NCBI GenBank assembly: GCA_016207165.1
Contig: JACQQD010000005.1
Span: forward strand, 1 to 64,000
Length of the DNA stretch: 64,000 bases
DNA from: Candidatus Micrarchaeota archaeon
Lineage (GTDB): Archaea; Micrarchaeota; Micrarchaeia; Norongarragalinales; Norongarragalinaceae
Direction: 5' to 3'
Shown: positions 9,171 through 18,086 of the stretch, in pieces
Layout: every line of letters starts with the position of its first letter
Numbering within the stretch: the first letter of the stretch is position 1
Translations under genes and position numbers: made by a program
Notes under the pieces: generated by a model
Told to the model about the DNA's origin: nothing
Database searches by the model: none
Seen by the model: the letters and a program-made list of their open reading frames with translations, nothing else

Positions 9171-11210
9171 TCAGTCCTGCTTCCAAAGCGTTTTCTTTTC
9201 CTCATCCGTCAAAGCTTCAGCGGCATCCGGGGACCGAATGCCTTTGTTCCAAAGCCTTCTCGCGCGTACGCGCCCGACGCCTTTAAGCGAAACCAATGGC
9301 AACAGTTCCGCTTTCACGCCGTGCTTGATCCGCCGGCGCATGGTTTTGCCTGTTCCCAGCGCCGTGGACTGGTTCAAGAGATACGCCAGTTCGCTGTACG
9401 CGTACGCCAGCCATTCCTGGATGCGGATGCGGGAGTGCAAGACTCCGGGCGGCACGTCAAAATCCCGCAAAATCGCGTCCTCGGTGTGTTCGTTGACCCA
9501 CGCGTTGACGAGTTTCGCGGATTTTAGGCGCGGCAAGGCTTCTTCATCTTGTTCGTCGTCCGCGTCCAAAGCAAACCAGTCGTCCCAAAGCTTGGTTTCC
9601 TCGTTGCGTTTGACTCGAATCAGGGGCCTGGATTCCGTGGCTTTTTGCAGCGTCAAAATGAATTGGAAGTCGTCCTGCTTTTTAGCCATGGACTTAAGAA
9701 ACGCGTGGGCCGTCAAGGGGTCGATGTAAAGTTCCGACACGCGTTTTCCAGCGGGCGTGGCCAACAGTTTGGATTTTTTCTCCCGCGCAAAATCCATGTC
9801 CTTGAGTTGGTTGACTACGCGCTCCACGCCCGACAACAGTTGTTGGGTGTCGCCGTACTGGTGGGCGTAAAACGTGGACGAGAAAAAGCCGAAGAGTTCC
9901 TCGTATGAACCCGCGTAGTTGGAGGCCAAAAGCCCCAACGCGTGCGCGCGAAGGCTCGGTTCGGCGGACAACTGGGAGTACACGTCCTCCAATTCCCCGA
10001 AAATGTATTTGTTGCGCACCGCGCGCAGTTCGTACGGTTGGCACATCATGACGCCTACGCCTCTGGAATCGTATTTGGGCCGACCTGATCTTCCAAGCAT
10101 TTGAGCTACCTCGATTTTCGGAATGAAATCCGAGAACTCCCCGTTGTACCGCTTCAAATCCCGCACGACCACCCAGGACGCCGGCAAATCCAGTCCAGCG
10201 GCAAGCGTCGTGGTAGCGGAAATGACTTTGATGCACCGGTGTTTTTTGAAGCCGTCCTCAATGAGCTCCCGTTCCCTGTGCCCCAGTCCGGCGTGATGGA
10301 AAGCGACTCCGTTTTGAAGGCATTCTGAAAGCAGTTTGCACTGGGATGTCGGAACGGAATACGTCTTGAGGGCTTTTCGGGCGAGTTCCCCGCACTGGGC
10401 TTTTTCCTCTTCCGAAAGAAATGGTTTGACGGTGGACAACAATTGCTTGGCCGCGGATTCGGCAAAACGCCTCGTGGAAACGAAGAACAATCCCTGGCCC
10501 TTGCCGTTCTTTTCGGACAACGCCTTTTGCGCCAAGTCTTTGATCGCCGGGCTCTCGACGGGCACCGTGGTTTCGTCCTCCATGTACAAGGCTTTTGAAT
10601 CGCAGACGCCCATGACCAAAGGCGTCGGCCGGTAATTACTCTGCACGAGCTTTGCGTCCAGCCATTGCGCAAACGCCTTGTCGTTGGGAATGGTTGCGCT
10701 TAATGCCAGCACTTTGACGCCCGCGTTCTTGGCTTTCGTCAACACCACTTCCAACGTAGCCCCCCGGTGGCCGTCCCCAAGCAGGTGCGCTTCGTCAAAA
10801 ACGATCAAACCCATTTTTTCAAGCCAGGACGCGTCGTGGCGCAAGAGCGAGTCGAGTTTCTCGGAAGTCACGATGACGACGTCGTACTGTTCTAGTTGAA
10901 GGGAGCTGGAGTCAAAGTCGCCTGTGGAAACTCCCACCGACAACTCAAAGGCGGCGAGTTGTTCCTTGAATTCGCGGTACTTTTCCGACGCCAACGCGCG
11001 AAGCGGCACCACGTAAAAGGCCGTTTTGTCCGAGGACTCAAAATGCCGGGTGATGGACAAAAGCGCCAACAAAGTCTTTCCGGAAGCCGTCGGCGCTGAA
11101 ACCAGCGTCCGCGGCGAATCCAAAAACCCTTCCTTTAAGGCCTTTTGTTGAAGCGGGTTCAAGTCCGAGTAGCCCAGTTTGGACAAGGTTTCGCTTTGAG
11201 TTAACGCCAT
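9171..11210 (-). CDS. hel308: Ski2-like DNA helicase Hel308/Hjm
   Basis: APTASGKT, PLRALASEK, DEAH, LSAT, FHHAGL, QMLGRSGRP, SELYIDP, GVGRVRARRL. Confidence 0.95.
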   Translation of the reverse strand: MALTQSETLSKLGYSDLNPLQQKALKEGFLDSPRTLVSAPTASGKTLLALLSITRHFESSDKTAFYVVPLRALASEKYREFKEQLAAFELSVGVSTGDFDSSSLQLEQYDVVIVTSEKLDSLLRHDASWLEKMGLIVFDEAHLLGDGHRGATLEVVLTKAKNAGVKVLALSATIPNDKAFAQWLDAKLVQSNYRPTPLVMGVCDSKALYMEDETTVPVESPAIKDLAQKALSEKNGKGQGLFFVSTRRFAESAAKQLLSTVKPFLSEEEKAQCGELARKALKTYSVPTSQCKLLSECLQNGVAFHHAGLGHRERELIEDGFKKHRCIKVISATTTLAAGLDLPASWVVVRDLKRYNGEFSDFIPKIEVAQMLGRSGRPKYDSRGVGVMMCQPYELRAVRNKYIFGELEDVYSQLSAEPSLRAHALGLLASNYAGSYEELFGFFSSTFYAHQYGDTQQLLSGVERVVNQLKDMDFAREKKSKLLATPAGKRVSELYIDPLTAHAFLKSMAKKQDDFQFILTLQKATESRPLIRVKRNEETKLWDDWFALDADDEQDEEALPRLKSAKLVNAWVNEHTEDAILRDFDVPPGVLHSRIRIQEWLAYAYSELAYLLNQSTALGTGKTMRRRIKHGVKAELLPLVSLKGVGRVRARRLWNKGIRSPDAAEALTDEEKKTLWKQD

Positions 11211-11308
11211 GGCAGAAGGCTTGTGGCGGGCCACGATTTAAAAACCGGTTTAGGCCTCCTGGCCGGTGAAACGCCTTTCTTTTAATTCCTGCCGACGTTC
11301 TTTGTGCC

Positions 11309-11818
11309 ATGAAGCGCATCACGCCGGCTCTTAAAATCAAGCTCCGGAAACCACTAGGCGCCCTATATTCTCCGCGCCAGTCCGCCGCGCTTTGCAAGGC
11401 CTTGGTGGACCAAACGGTGTACGCGGTGGGGGACGCGACCGTCCAAAAACTCGCCAAGCTTCGCATTCCGGTGCAAGTCGCCGTGTACGACCTCAAAACC
11501 CGGCGAAAACCCATCAACCGAAAAGAAGAGGCTTGGTTTGAAAAGTTGCCTGGCGTCAAGATCGTCTGCGTCAACCCAGCGGGTTACATCACGCCGTCGC
11601 TTCAGAACGCGGTTTCCCTGGCCTTAAAATCGGAAGTCCCCACCAAGGTCTTCGTTGTTGGCGAGGAGGACCTCGCCGTTTTGCCGTTTTTGCGTCAAGC
11701 CGGCCACGGCGTGATTTGTTACGGCCAACCAGGCAAGGGCATGGTCGTGGTGCCGGTCAACCGCGTCACGCGCCACTTGGCGGAAAAGTTGTACGCGGAA
11801 TTCCGGGATGTCAAATGA
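11309..11818 (+). CDS. GTP-dependent dephospho-CoA kinase (DUF359)
   Basis: VGD, YDLKTRR, NPAGYIT, GEEDL, YGQPGKG motifs. Confidence 0.88.
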   Translation: MKRITPALKIKLRKPLGALYSPRQSAALCKALVDQTVYAVGDATVQKLAKLRIPVQVAVYDLKTRRKPINRKEEAWFEKLPGVKIVCVNPAGYITPSLQNAVSLALKSEVPTKVFVVGEEDLAVLPFLRQAGHGVICYGQPGKGMVVVPVNRVTRHLAEKLYAEFRDVK

Positions 11819-12294
11819 CGACGGTCGTGTTCCCCGGACGTTTCCAGCCGTTCCACCACGCGCATTTCCGCATCCTCGAAAACTTGTTGAAGCGCTTCGA
11901 CCGAGTCATCGTGGTCATCGGCTCGTCGAACGTGAGGGATGACGACAATCCTTTCGGGCCGATCCAGCGAAAAAAAATGATTCGATCGTGTTTTCCAAGA
12001 ACCAAAAAAAAGAGGCTTTTGTTTGCGTTCGTGCCGTTTGCCTCCGACGAAACGTGGGTGCGAGAATTGCTTAAAAAAGTTCCAAGAAGCAACTTCAACG
12101 TCGTTTTTTCCAACAACCCGCGCGTGCAAAAACAATTGCGTTTGCACGCGATTGCCGTCATTTCTTCCCCCTTGTTTTCGCGCAACCGATTGGAGGGAAA
12201 ACGCATTCGGAACTGGCCGAGAAACTGGCAAAAAAACGTGCCCAAGCCTGTGGCCACTTATTTAAAGAACGTGTTGGAGAAAGAGAGCCTGTGA
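11815..12294 (+). CDS. nadM: Nicotinamide-nucleotide adenylyltransferase (NadM-like)
   Basis: FPGRFQPFHHAH (HxGH-like), IGSS, NPF...R, SNNP. Confidence 0.8.
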   Translation: MTTVVFPGRFQPFHHAHFRILENLLKRFDRVIVVIGSSNVRDDDNPFGPIQRKKMIRSCFPRTKKKRLLFAFVPFASDETWVRELLKKVPRSNFNVVFSNNPRVQKQLRLHAIAVISSPLFSRNRLEGKRIRNWPRNWQKNVPKPVATYLKNVLEKESL

Positions 12295-12773
12295 AAAAAG
12301 CGGCCAGCGTCATTCCCGTGTTCTTTCCGCATCCGGATGCCGAGCCGCATTTCGTGGTTTTCCGCCGGGGCTCCAAGCGCTCGGTGCAACCGGGAAAAGA
12401 CGTGATTTCTTTTGCTGGACACCAAGACGCTTCCGACCGGAACCTTCGGCACACGGCACGCCGGGAACTTAGAGAGGAATCCGGCATCCGGTTTGACCCC
12501 AAGCGCGTCATTGCGCAGGTGCACGTCTACTTCACTCGAGGCCGCCGGGGCAAGGCGTACGTGCATTTGGTGCAAGGCGCGCAATTGGACCAACTGCACC
12601 GAACCATTCAAGCCATCAACGAAGGCCGTCACAACGAATTTGAATCCGCCCGCGTGGTTTCATTGAGTGCGCTTCGGGAAGAATTGGGTGGCCCGCACTG
12701 CTTTGCCTTGCCGGAATTCGGGCGCGACGTGGTCGAACTGGTTTCCGCGTGGCACCTTGAACGAAGCCATTGA
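12291..12773 (+). CDS. NUDIX-family hydrolase
   Basis: FAGHQ...TARRELREESGI Nudix box. Confidence 0.75.
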   Translation: MKKAASVIPVFFPHPDAEPHFVVFRRGSKRSVQPGKDVISFAGHQDASDRNLRHTARRELREESGIRFDPKRVIAQVHVYFTRGRRGKAYVHLVQGAQLDQLHRTIQAINEGRHNEFESARVVSLSALREELGGPHCFALPEFGRDVVELVSAWHLERSH

Positions 12774-12821
12774 TTTTCCAATCCAAACCCTCTTATTCGT
12801 CATCGGCCACCCTTTGCTTTC

Positions 12822-12894
12822 ATGATGACTCTGAGGTATTGCGGAGGCGCCAAGCCATTGCTTGGCCGCCGGTGACGAGAAGAGAGTCAACTGA
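12822..12894 (+). ncRNA. C/D box guide sRNA (double guide; predicted 23S rRNA 2'-O-methylation)
   Basis: Box C ATGATGA 12822-28; D' CGGA 12842-45; hairpin 12846-70; C' GTGACGA 12872-78; box D CTGA 12891-94 followed by a T-run; 12-13-nt guides complementary to conserved LSU sequence. Confidence 0.8.
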
Positions 12895-13123
12895 TTTTTT
12901 GCTTGAATTCCAAGGCTTTTTCCACCAACGGCAAACCGGGTTCTTTCCGCATAATCGTGATCACGATGCCGGCGACCAACAGCGTGACCACCACCCCGGC
13001 GCCCACGCCCGTCCAGTTGTGATTCTCCACCAAGGGTTCAAAGACGACGAGCCAGGTAAAAGCCGTGACGGTGGACAACGCCAACGTCGCCACTAGCACT
13101 TCGCTTGCATCATCTTTTTTCAT
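12887..13123 (-). CDS. Small two-TM membrane protein
   Basis: 78-aa ORF with two hydrophobic segments and a GGAGG SD. Confidence 0.65.
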   Translation of the reverse strand: MKKDDASEVLVATLALSTVTAFTWLVVFEPLVENHNWTGVGAGVVVTLLVAGIVITIMRKEPGLPLVEKALEFKQKIS

Positions 13124-13170
13124 GGGCCTTTCCTCCCGTACACGGGGTCCGGCCCAGGTTTTAAAGGTGT

Positions 13171-13848
13171 TCAGGGGTGCTGGCCGGTGGACTTAATTTT
13201 TTCCAACACCGAGAAGAGGCCTTCCAATCCTTGGAGGGTGTCGGGGTGCGGCGTGGCGGTGAAGCGGTCGACGTGCACGGCGTGCCAGCCCGCGTCGCGG
13301 GCGGCTTGCACGTCGTTGTGCAGGTTGTCCCCGACCATGAGGATTTCCGAGGGCCGCACGTCAAAGCGCTTCTGGACCGCCAAAAACATGCGGGGATCCG
13401 GTTTGATGACGGATTCGTCGTACGACGTGATGATTTCGTCGACGGCGTCGTGCAGCGGAACTTTTTGGAGCGCGTACTCCAACCCCAAATACGTCGTGTT
13501 GGACAAAACGGCCAGCTTGTAGCCTTGCCGCCGGAGTTTCTCAAGCGTCGGCATCGTGTCCGCAAAAGCGTCCACGCAGTCCAACAACGCTTCCATGGCT
13601 TGCCGAAGTTTCGCGCGTTTTTCGGCGGCAAGCGGGACGTTGCAGCGGCGCGCCAACTCGCCCAAGGCCTCCTCGAATTCCGTTCCGGGGTGAAGGCAGA
13701 AGCTTTCGTCGTAGTGCCTGACGAACTCGCGGTGGCTCAACGCCGAAAGCCCAAGCTCCTGCTTGACCAACTGCGGCAACGTCGGCGTGCACGTGTTGTA
13801 GACCAGCGTGTTCCACAAGTCAAACACGATCACCGTAACTTTCGACAT
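13171..13848 (-). CDS. HAD-superfamily hydrolase
   Basis: FDLWNTL, LSNT, KPDP, VGDNLHNDV motifs. Confidence 0.92.
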   Translation of the reverse strand: MSKVTVIVFDLWNTLVYNTCTPTLPQLVKQELGLSALSHREFVRHYDESFCLHPGTEFEEALGELARRCNVPLAAEKRAKLRQAMEALLDCVDAFADTMPTLEKLRRQGYKLAVLSNTTYLGLEYALQKVPLHDAVDEIITSYDESVIKPDPRMFLAVQKRFDVRPSEILMVGDNLHNDVQAARDAGWHAVHVDRFTATPHPDTLQGLEGLFSVLEKIKSTGQHP

Positions 13849-13930
13849 GGGGCTTTCTACAAGGAAGGCCGGAAAATTAAAAGCCTCCGGACGGCGCCTC
13901 GACCCCCGGTTTCGTGCGCGAATCAGAAAG

Positions 13931-14003
13931 TAGCCCCGAGCGGATTCGAACCGCTGTCCACAGCTCCAAAGGCTGTTATCCTTGACCACTAGACGACGGG
14001 GCT
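13931..14003 (-). tRNA. tRNA-Gln(UUG), no intron
   Basis: AGCCCCG/CGGGGCT acceptor stem (archaeal A1-U72), anticodon loop CTTTGGA, T arm AGCGG-TTCGAAT-CCGCT. Confidence 0.96.
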
Positions 14004-14036
14004 AGAAAAACGAGAATCATGCTATGCGCATCCGAT

Positions 14037-14510
14037 TTAAAGGACTTTTTGAGGCCCATTTTTCGGCGACACGGAGAATGCCACGAACCAAAGCCACAAA
14101 ACTAGTGCCGCGTCGACGAACCAAAGCCCGGCGTGGACGGCGTTCATGGCCTCCAATCCGTACGTTCCTCCAACCGCCATGACGGAAAAGAGGCGCAGGA
14201 AGTTGAACGAAAACAAGGCGGGCGCGAACACGGCGAAAAACCGCATTGGTTTTTTTACGGGCGTGGCGTACAACAACGCAAAAAGCAGGATGACCATGAC
14301 CAACCCGGAACAGGAAGGCACGATTTGAAACCAGGCGGCGTTGGAGGAAACAAAGACTCCGTTTTGCAGTGAGGAAAACCCGGCGGCGTTTAGCGCAAAG
14401 GACTGGACGCGCGCAATGCCTTCCAAGAGCAACGAGAGGGGAAGCACGTGAAGCAAAAGGTAGGGCGCGCCGAAGAACGCGGCAAACCGGGGAAAAAACG
14501 GGTTTACCAT
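14037..14510 (-). CDS. Exosortase/archaeosortase-family protein
   Basis: IVPSCSG (catalytic Cys), FNFLR (Arg), VH (His) in a multi-TM protein. Confidence 0.8.
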   Translation of the reverse strand: MVNPFFPRFAAFFGAPYLLLHVLPLSLLLEGIARVQSFALNAAGFSSLQNGVFVSSNAAWFQIVPSCSGLVMVILLFALLYATPVKKPMRFFAVFAPALFSFNFLRLFSVMAVGGTYGLEAMNAVHAGLWFVDAALVLWLWFVAFSVSPKNGPQKVL

Positions 14511-15028
14511 GGCACTTTCTTGAGCCCCGCCGCGTGGGCGACCCAGTTGACGGTCCGGTGCAAAACGAGGGTCACCACCACTAAGAAGCCCAGGCCCGTC
14601 AAACCGATTTCCGTGGCCAATTCCGGAAACGCCAAAACAGAAAGCAAAAGCGCGACCAGCAAGAACGGCATTTGATCCAGGAAACGGATTTTGCCTCCGG
14701 AGGGCACGCGGAGGCGGCGCTTGACGAACGAGCCGGCCAAGTCGCCCAGCATGGCGCCCACTCCAAGCAGGAACGCCAACGCCGTTTTTTCCCAAAGGGA
14801 CAGCGCCGGCAGGAAACCGGGTTGCGCGTAGGCGATGGCCGCCCCGGATGCCGTGCCCGCCACCACGCCAGCCAAAAACCCGCGCACGGTTTTTCCTTTA
14901 CCGAAAAACCGGTGGCCGTCGTCCAAACTCTCGCCCAAGTCAATGGGCGTTTTGCCTGCAAACAAGACGGGTACGGCGTTGGCCACGTACGCCGGAAAAA
15001 TGAAGACCAAAAGCGCTAGGTAATCCAT
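14504..15028 (-). CDS. carS: CDP-archaeol synthase
   Basis: PAYVAN, PIDLG, FGKGKTVRG, GDLAGSFVKRR, LDQ, LKKVPW. Confidence 0.93.
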   Translation of the reverse strand: MDYLALLVFIFPAYVANAVPVLFAGKTPIDLGESLDDGHRFFGKGKTVRGFLAGVVAGTASGAAIAYAQPGFLPALSLWEKTALAFLLGVGAMLGDLAGSFVKRRLRVPSGGKIRFLDQMPFLLVALLLSVLAFPELATEIGLTGLGFLVVVTLVLHRTVNWVAHAAGLKKVPW

Positions 15029-15074
15029 CGGGAACCCAAAACCAATAAATGCCGTCTTGGACCAAATCATCGTG

Positions 15075-15956
15075 ATGGACCTACTTAAGCTTGTTCTTGT
15101 CTTCGTCGTGTTAGCGGTTTTCGCCGGCGTTCTGGCCGTGGGCGTGCAGTCCGCGGTCCAGTCCTCCTGCGTCAGCGTCCTGGACGTGCATGGCGTCATC
15201 ACGTTGGACGGCGAGGCATCTTTTTTTTCCGCGCAGCCCGGCAGCCGAGCCCTGGTTGAACAAATCAAAAACTGGCAGGAGAGTTCTTCGCCCGTTTTGT
15301 TTTTGGACATCAACAGTCCCGGCGGTTCGGCGGTGGCCTCCAAGGAAATTTATGACGCGCTGTCGGAATCCGAAAAACCCGTGGTCGCCTATCTTGGCGA
15401 AATCGCGGCTTCAGGCGGCTACTACGTCGCCGCTGGCTCCGATTTTGTCATAGCCAACCCCAACACCATTACGGGCAGCATCGGCGCCATTACCGACGTG
15501 GTCAACTACCAAGGGCTTTTGGACAAACTTGGCGTCACCCAGGAAGCCATCAAAAGCGGTCAACTCAAGGACATCGGCGCCGGGTACCGCAACCTGACCG
15601 CCCAGGAACGCCTGCTCTTGCAGGGTCTGATCGACGAGACGTTTCAGAACTTCAAGGCCGACGTGGAAAAAGGACGGCAAGCAAAACTCACCGCCTTTTA
15701 CCAGGAGACTCTTGACGCCCGCATTTTGAGTGCCTCACAAGCCCAGAAAGCCGGACTCGTCGACGCCATCGGTTCGCGCCAAAGCGCGCTTCAGAAAGCC
15801 GCGGAACTCGGCGGTTTGAACGCCGAATCCGTGACGGAGTGCCCCTTGCAGGCGGAGTCCGGCTTTGGCGACGTGTTTGCCTCCGCGGGCTCCTCGTTTG
15901 CCCAAGGCATGCTACGGGAATTGTCGGCCCCATCGGCGCTTCGGGCGACGACGTGA
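15075..15956 (+). CDS. sppA: Signal peptide peptidase SppA (S49)
   Basis: INSPGGS, AASGGYY, TGSIG, KD, GLVD motifs; N-terminal TM. Confidence 0.93.
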   Translation: MDLLKLVLVFVVLAVFAGVLAVGVQSAVQSSCVSVLDVHGVITLDGEASFFSAQPGSRALVEQIKNWQESSSPVLFLDINSPGGSAVASKEIYDALSESEKPVVAYLGEIAASGGYYVAAGSDFVIANPNTITGSIGAITDVVNYQGLLDKLGVTQEAIKSGQLKDIGAGYRNLTAQERLLLQGLIDETFQNFKADVEKGRQAKLTAFYQETLDARILSASQAQKAGLVDAIGSRQSALQKAAELGGLNAESVTECPLQAESGFGDVFASAGSSFAQGMLRELSAPSALRATT

Positions 15957-16240
15957 TGGAACGCCGGCAAATTTTCATCGTGCGCAACGAACACCCACGA
16001 AGCCTTGATGAACGTGGACACCGACGGGTTTTTTGTGAATCGTTTGAATGCTCAGCGCCAACGCGTCCGTCGCCTCACTTCCGCCGCATCCCTCATGCAA
16101 CGGCATTTGGACCGGCAGAAAAGCGATTGGCTGTGGCTGGGCCTGTGACTTTTGGCGGTTTTACGGAAAACAAATTTAAACCCCAGACTCGTTTTCCTTG
16201 CGACCAGTTGAGAATTCACAGAAATACGGGTGGTTGAAAA

Positions 16241-16411
16241 GTGACCGTGGAAGGAAATGACATCATTTGCAACTGCCGGGCGTGCTTTCAGGAAGGCTTC
16301 GGCATTGCGTTGGAAGAGCAAAACGGCGTGTACGTGTGCCCCCAGAACCCCGAGCACCGCTACGTCGTCAAGAACGGGTTCATGGCGACTAGCCACACGC
16401 GCACCTTTTAA
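16241..16411 (+). CDS. Small putative zinc-binding protein (56 aa)
   Basis: GTG start after GGGTGG; C-x-C-x2-C ... C-P-x4-H motif; below the ORF-track cut-off. Confidence 0.55.
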   Translation: MTVEGNDIICNCRACFQEGFGIALEEQNGVYVCPQNPEHRYVVKNGFMATSHTRTF

Positions 16412-16434
16412 ACCCGTTTTTTCACCTTTTTTCC

Positions 16435-16992
16435 ATGGCTTTCAATAAGGACCGCTATTTGGGGGACGTCTCCGAGGAACAGTTGGAGGAACTCTTCCAC
16501 GAGGCCTCCCAGCACGGCGCGATTCTTTCCGACTTGTTTTTTGACGCGCACGGCCCCTCCAAGGACGGCGTGCAGAATTCGTTGGTGGACTTCGTATCCA
16601 AACTCACCAAGGAACCCGGCATCCTGTACTGCAAAGGCGAAATCCAGGACGCCATCGAGTCCAACGACGAATCCGCGTTGAACCAGAACGTCAAGTACTC
16701 GTGCAGCACGCGCGTGCGCGTCTTGACGGAGAGCTTCAATACCTTGCTTGGATTGTGCCTTCGATACGGGCCACTGGCTGTGGAAATCCAGCGGCCGCAT
16801 GACATTCACTTGAACTTGGACGAAGCGCAAAACCTGTTGTTGGACGCGTCCAGCATGACTCAGGACTACGTGCAATACATCATGACGAAGACCATGTCCC
16901 AGGAAGAAAAAGACAAACTCCAGGAACACCTCAAAAAGCGCGCGGAAATCGCTGCCAAAATCCGCAAAAACTTGGAACACGCGTCGGAGTGA
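16435..16992 (+). CDS. Hypothetical protein
   Basis: 185-aa ORF with host-like codon usage; YGPLAVEI segment. Confidence 0.75.
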   Translation: MAFNKDRYLGDVSEEQLEELFHEASQHGAILSDLFFDAHGPSKDGVQNSLVDFVSKLTKEPGILYCKGEIQDAIESNDESALNQNVKYSCSTRVRVLTESFNTLLGLCLRYGPLAVEIQRPHDIHLNLDEAQNLLLDASSMTQDYVQYIMTKTMSQEEKDKLQEHLKKRAEIAAKIRKNLEHASE

Positions 16993-17411
16993 GGTTTTCC
17001 CCTTTGCCTTCGCGCATGCGGGAATTCGGCCGAAGCTTGGTTGAAGGCTTCAGGCGGGGTTGGACCAAATTCTGTGAAGACCCGTACGCGCAAGAACGCC
17101 AAGCGCGTTACGCCGAGTACCGCCGCTTCTTGGAAGAGCCCAAACTGGGTGCTTGGCGCCGAAAGTACGTGGCCTTCTTCCTGGAACATTCCCGACCCGG
17201 AACCGTCCGGGTGGACCCTCTCCGCGTGGACGCCTTTACAGACCAATTGCTGGAGAGACACCGCGGCGTTTCCAGGGAGACGCTGGAACAGGCTTTGAAC
17301 AGCCTTCACGGACGCTTCGTGCTACGCGATGCATTCACGTACACGCTGTACCACGACCACAAGGAAGCGCTTTGGGAAGCCGACCGACTCATGCGGAACA
17401 AGACGTCTTAA
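16989..17411 (+). CDS. Hypothetical protein
   Basis: Overlaps the previous stop (GTGA); no motif. Confidence 0.55.
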   Translation: MRFSPLPSRMREFGRSLVEGFRRGWTKFCEDPYAQERQARYAEYRRFLEEPKLGAWRRKYVAFFLEHSRPGTVRVDPLRVDAFTDQLLERHRGVSRETLEQALNSLHGRFVLRDAFTYTLYHDHKEALWEADRLMRNKTS

Positions 17412-17466
17412 CTCCAGTTGCCGATCCGAAATCTCTTTATTTTCTTTGCCTTCAAGTCAATGGTTG

Positions 17467-18072
17467 ATGCTGCAACCCGTATCGCGAGAGGAATTGTTCC
17501 GCCAAGCCCGCGTCCACGTCATGTCGCAGGTGATTCGCGCCCACGCGGATACTACCAATGCGCCGGGGTTTCGTGCCGTTGCTTCCTTGGTTCCAGTTCA
17601 AATTGCCGAGGACCGACTGGTGTACGGGTATTTCTCGAGTTTGACTCGGCCATCGGCATTTGACTTGTATGCGTTGACGTTGGAACCGGACCCCCGGCTG
17701 GGTCCCCGTGCCGGACTCATCCGTTCTTCTCCAGAATACGACGGGCACCGCGTGTTTGATGGGTTGCGAAAAATCCGTGACGTGGGTCCGTTGGTCCCGT
17801 CTGCCCGGAATTTGGCCAAGCATCTGGCCGGGCTTTCCGACGTGGATTTGGCGTTTCGAGTGGCCTCGTGGATGGAAGCCAAAGACCGCATTTTGTCGGA
17901 TTTTCGTCAACGCGGTCTTTGCCGCAGAACCCAGGGGCCGCTGTTGACGGTGGAAGGCCTTCGACGCGACGTGCAAGTGCCGTGGCTTTACGTGGGTCCA
18001 CCGCACCTGTGGAGACTCAAGACCGAGCTGAACAAAGCGCAATTGGAAGGCCTACGCTTTGATTCGACGTAA
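17467..18072 (+). CDS. Hypothetical protein
   Basis: ORF filling the gap before secD; no motif. Confidence 0.55.
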   Translation: MLQPVSREELFRQARVHVMSQVIRAHADTTNAPGFRAVASLVPVQIAEDRLVYGYFSSLTRPSAFDLYALTLEPDPRLGPRAGLIRSSPEYDGHRVFDGLRKIRDVGPLVPSARNLAKHLAGLSDVDLAFRVASWMEAKDRILSDFRQRGLCRRTQGPLLTVEGLRRDVQVPWLYVGPPHLWRLKTELNKAQLEGLRFDST

Positions 18073-18086
18073 ACCTGATCTTTTTT

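Larger units (their letters stand above)
8233..9171 (-). pseudogene. Homing-endonuclease-like gene (tandem HTH + NUMOD3-like + Vsr/DUF559 nuclease) with in-frame TAA at 8631-8629
   Basis: LQGKSLREIARETG and WSLGKIA HTHs; TPAQRRRMSEAR NUMOD3-like; TSIE...*ADLAFPDVKLAIFCDGDYWH...GWTVLRFWE Vsr-like; both halves in the same frame; looks AT-richer than its neighbours. Confidence 0.75.
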
